This document shows, piece by piece, positions 63,945 through 64,000 of a stretch of DNA of 64,000 bases. Below the pieces are notes generated by a model, which saw only the letters and a program-made list of their open reading frames with translations, was not told the origin of the DNA and did no database searches. The stretch lies in contig NZ_AUWY01000019.1 of assembly GCF_000447205.1 (NCBI RefSeq), forward strand, positions 46,440 through 110,439, read 5' to 3'. The stretch's first letter is position 1. Every line of letters begins with the position of its first letter. The translations under genes and the position numbers were made by a program. The stretch is from Sphingobium ummariense RL-3. Lineage in GTDB: Bacteria > Pseudomonadota > Alphaproteobacteria > Sphingomonadales > Sphingomonadaceae.

Positions 63945-64000
63945 CGGCGATCAGGGATTTTCGGTCGTCTTGGCCTGGTTCGGCGTCGCGGGATCCTTGT

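Overview
High-GC (about 65-68%) alphaproteobacterial chromosome segment, Sphingomonadaceae-like by gene content and codon usage. No mobile-element genes, CRISPR arrays or rRNA were found.

The main blocks, in window order:
(1) An Hpt-like gene and a large N-terminally membrane-anchored coiled-coil protein on the + strand.
(2) A long minus-strand housekeeping block, nuoABCD-E-F-GHIJKLMN-birA-coaX-rnj. It ends in a DUF1467 gene and an AAC(6')-I-like GNAT acetyltransferase gene. The nuo operon is interrupted by two lower-GC hypothetical genes, one micro-ORF and five short intergenic repeat elements.
(3) suhB, efp and cell-wall enzymes (M23 peptidase, L,D-transpeptidase lipoprotein), a serine hydrolase, thiE, a DUF72 gene, class I fba, tlpA and an SPFH protein.
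(4) A pair of degenerate tRNA-like sequences, then the pgk-gap-tkt glycolysis/Calvin-type cluster.
(5) A DUF4164-zapA-(candidate 6S RNA)-ygfA synteny block, tRNA-Asp(GUC) and an AI-2E transporter.
(6) A branched-chain 2-oxoacid dehydrogenase operon (E1alpha-E1beta-E2), thyA, tRNA-Pro(CGG) and an lrp-family regulator.
(7) A glucuronoxylan/hexuronate utilisation locus: SGNH esterase, TonB-dependent receptor, uxuB-uxaC-exuT-manD-GH3, a divergent GH67 alpha-glucuronidase and a LacI regulator. It carries two copies of a near-palindromic operator.

Two families of structured intergenic repeats recur through the window. Family A is a pair of palindromic hairpins of the GTCATCCCAGCGAAAGCTGGGATGAC type. 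Family B is an MITE-like element with CCGTTCG..CTGAGCCTGTCGAAG terminal inverted repeats. One Family B copy lies in-frame inside the E2 linker.
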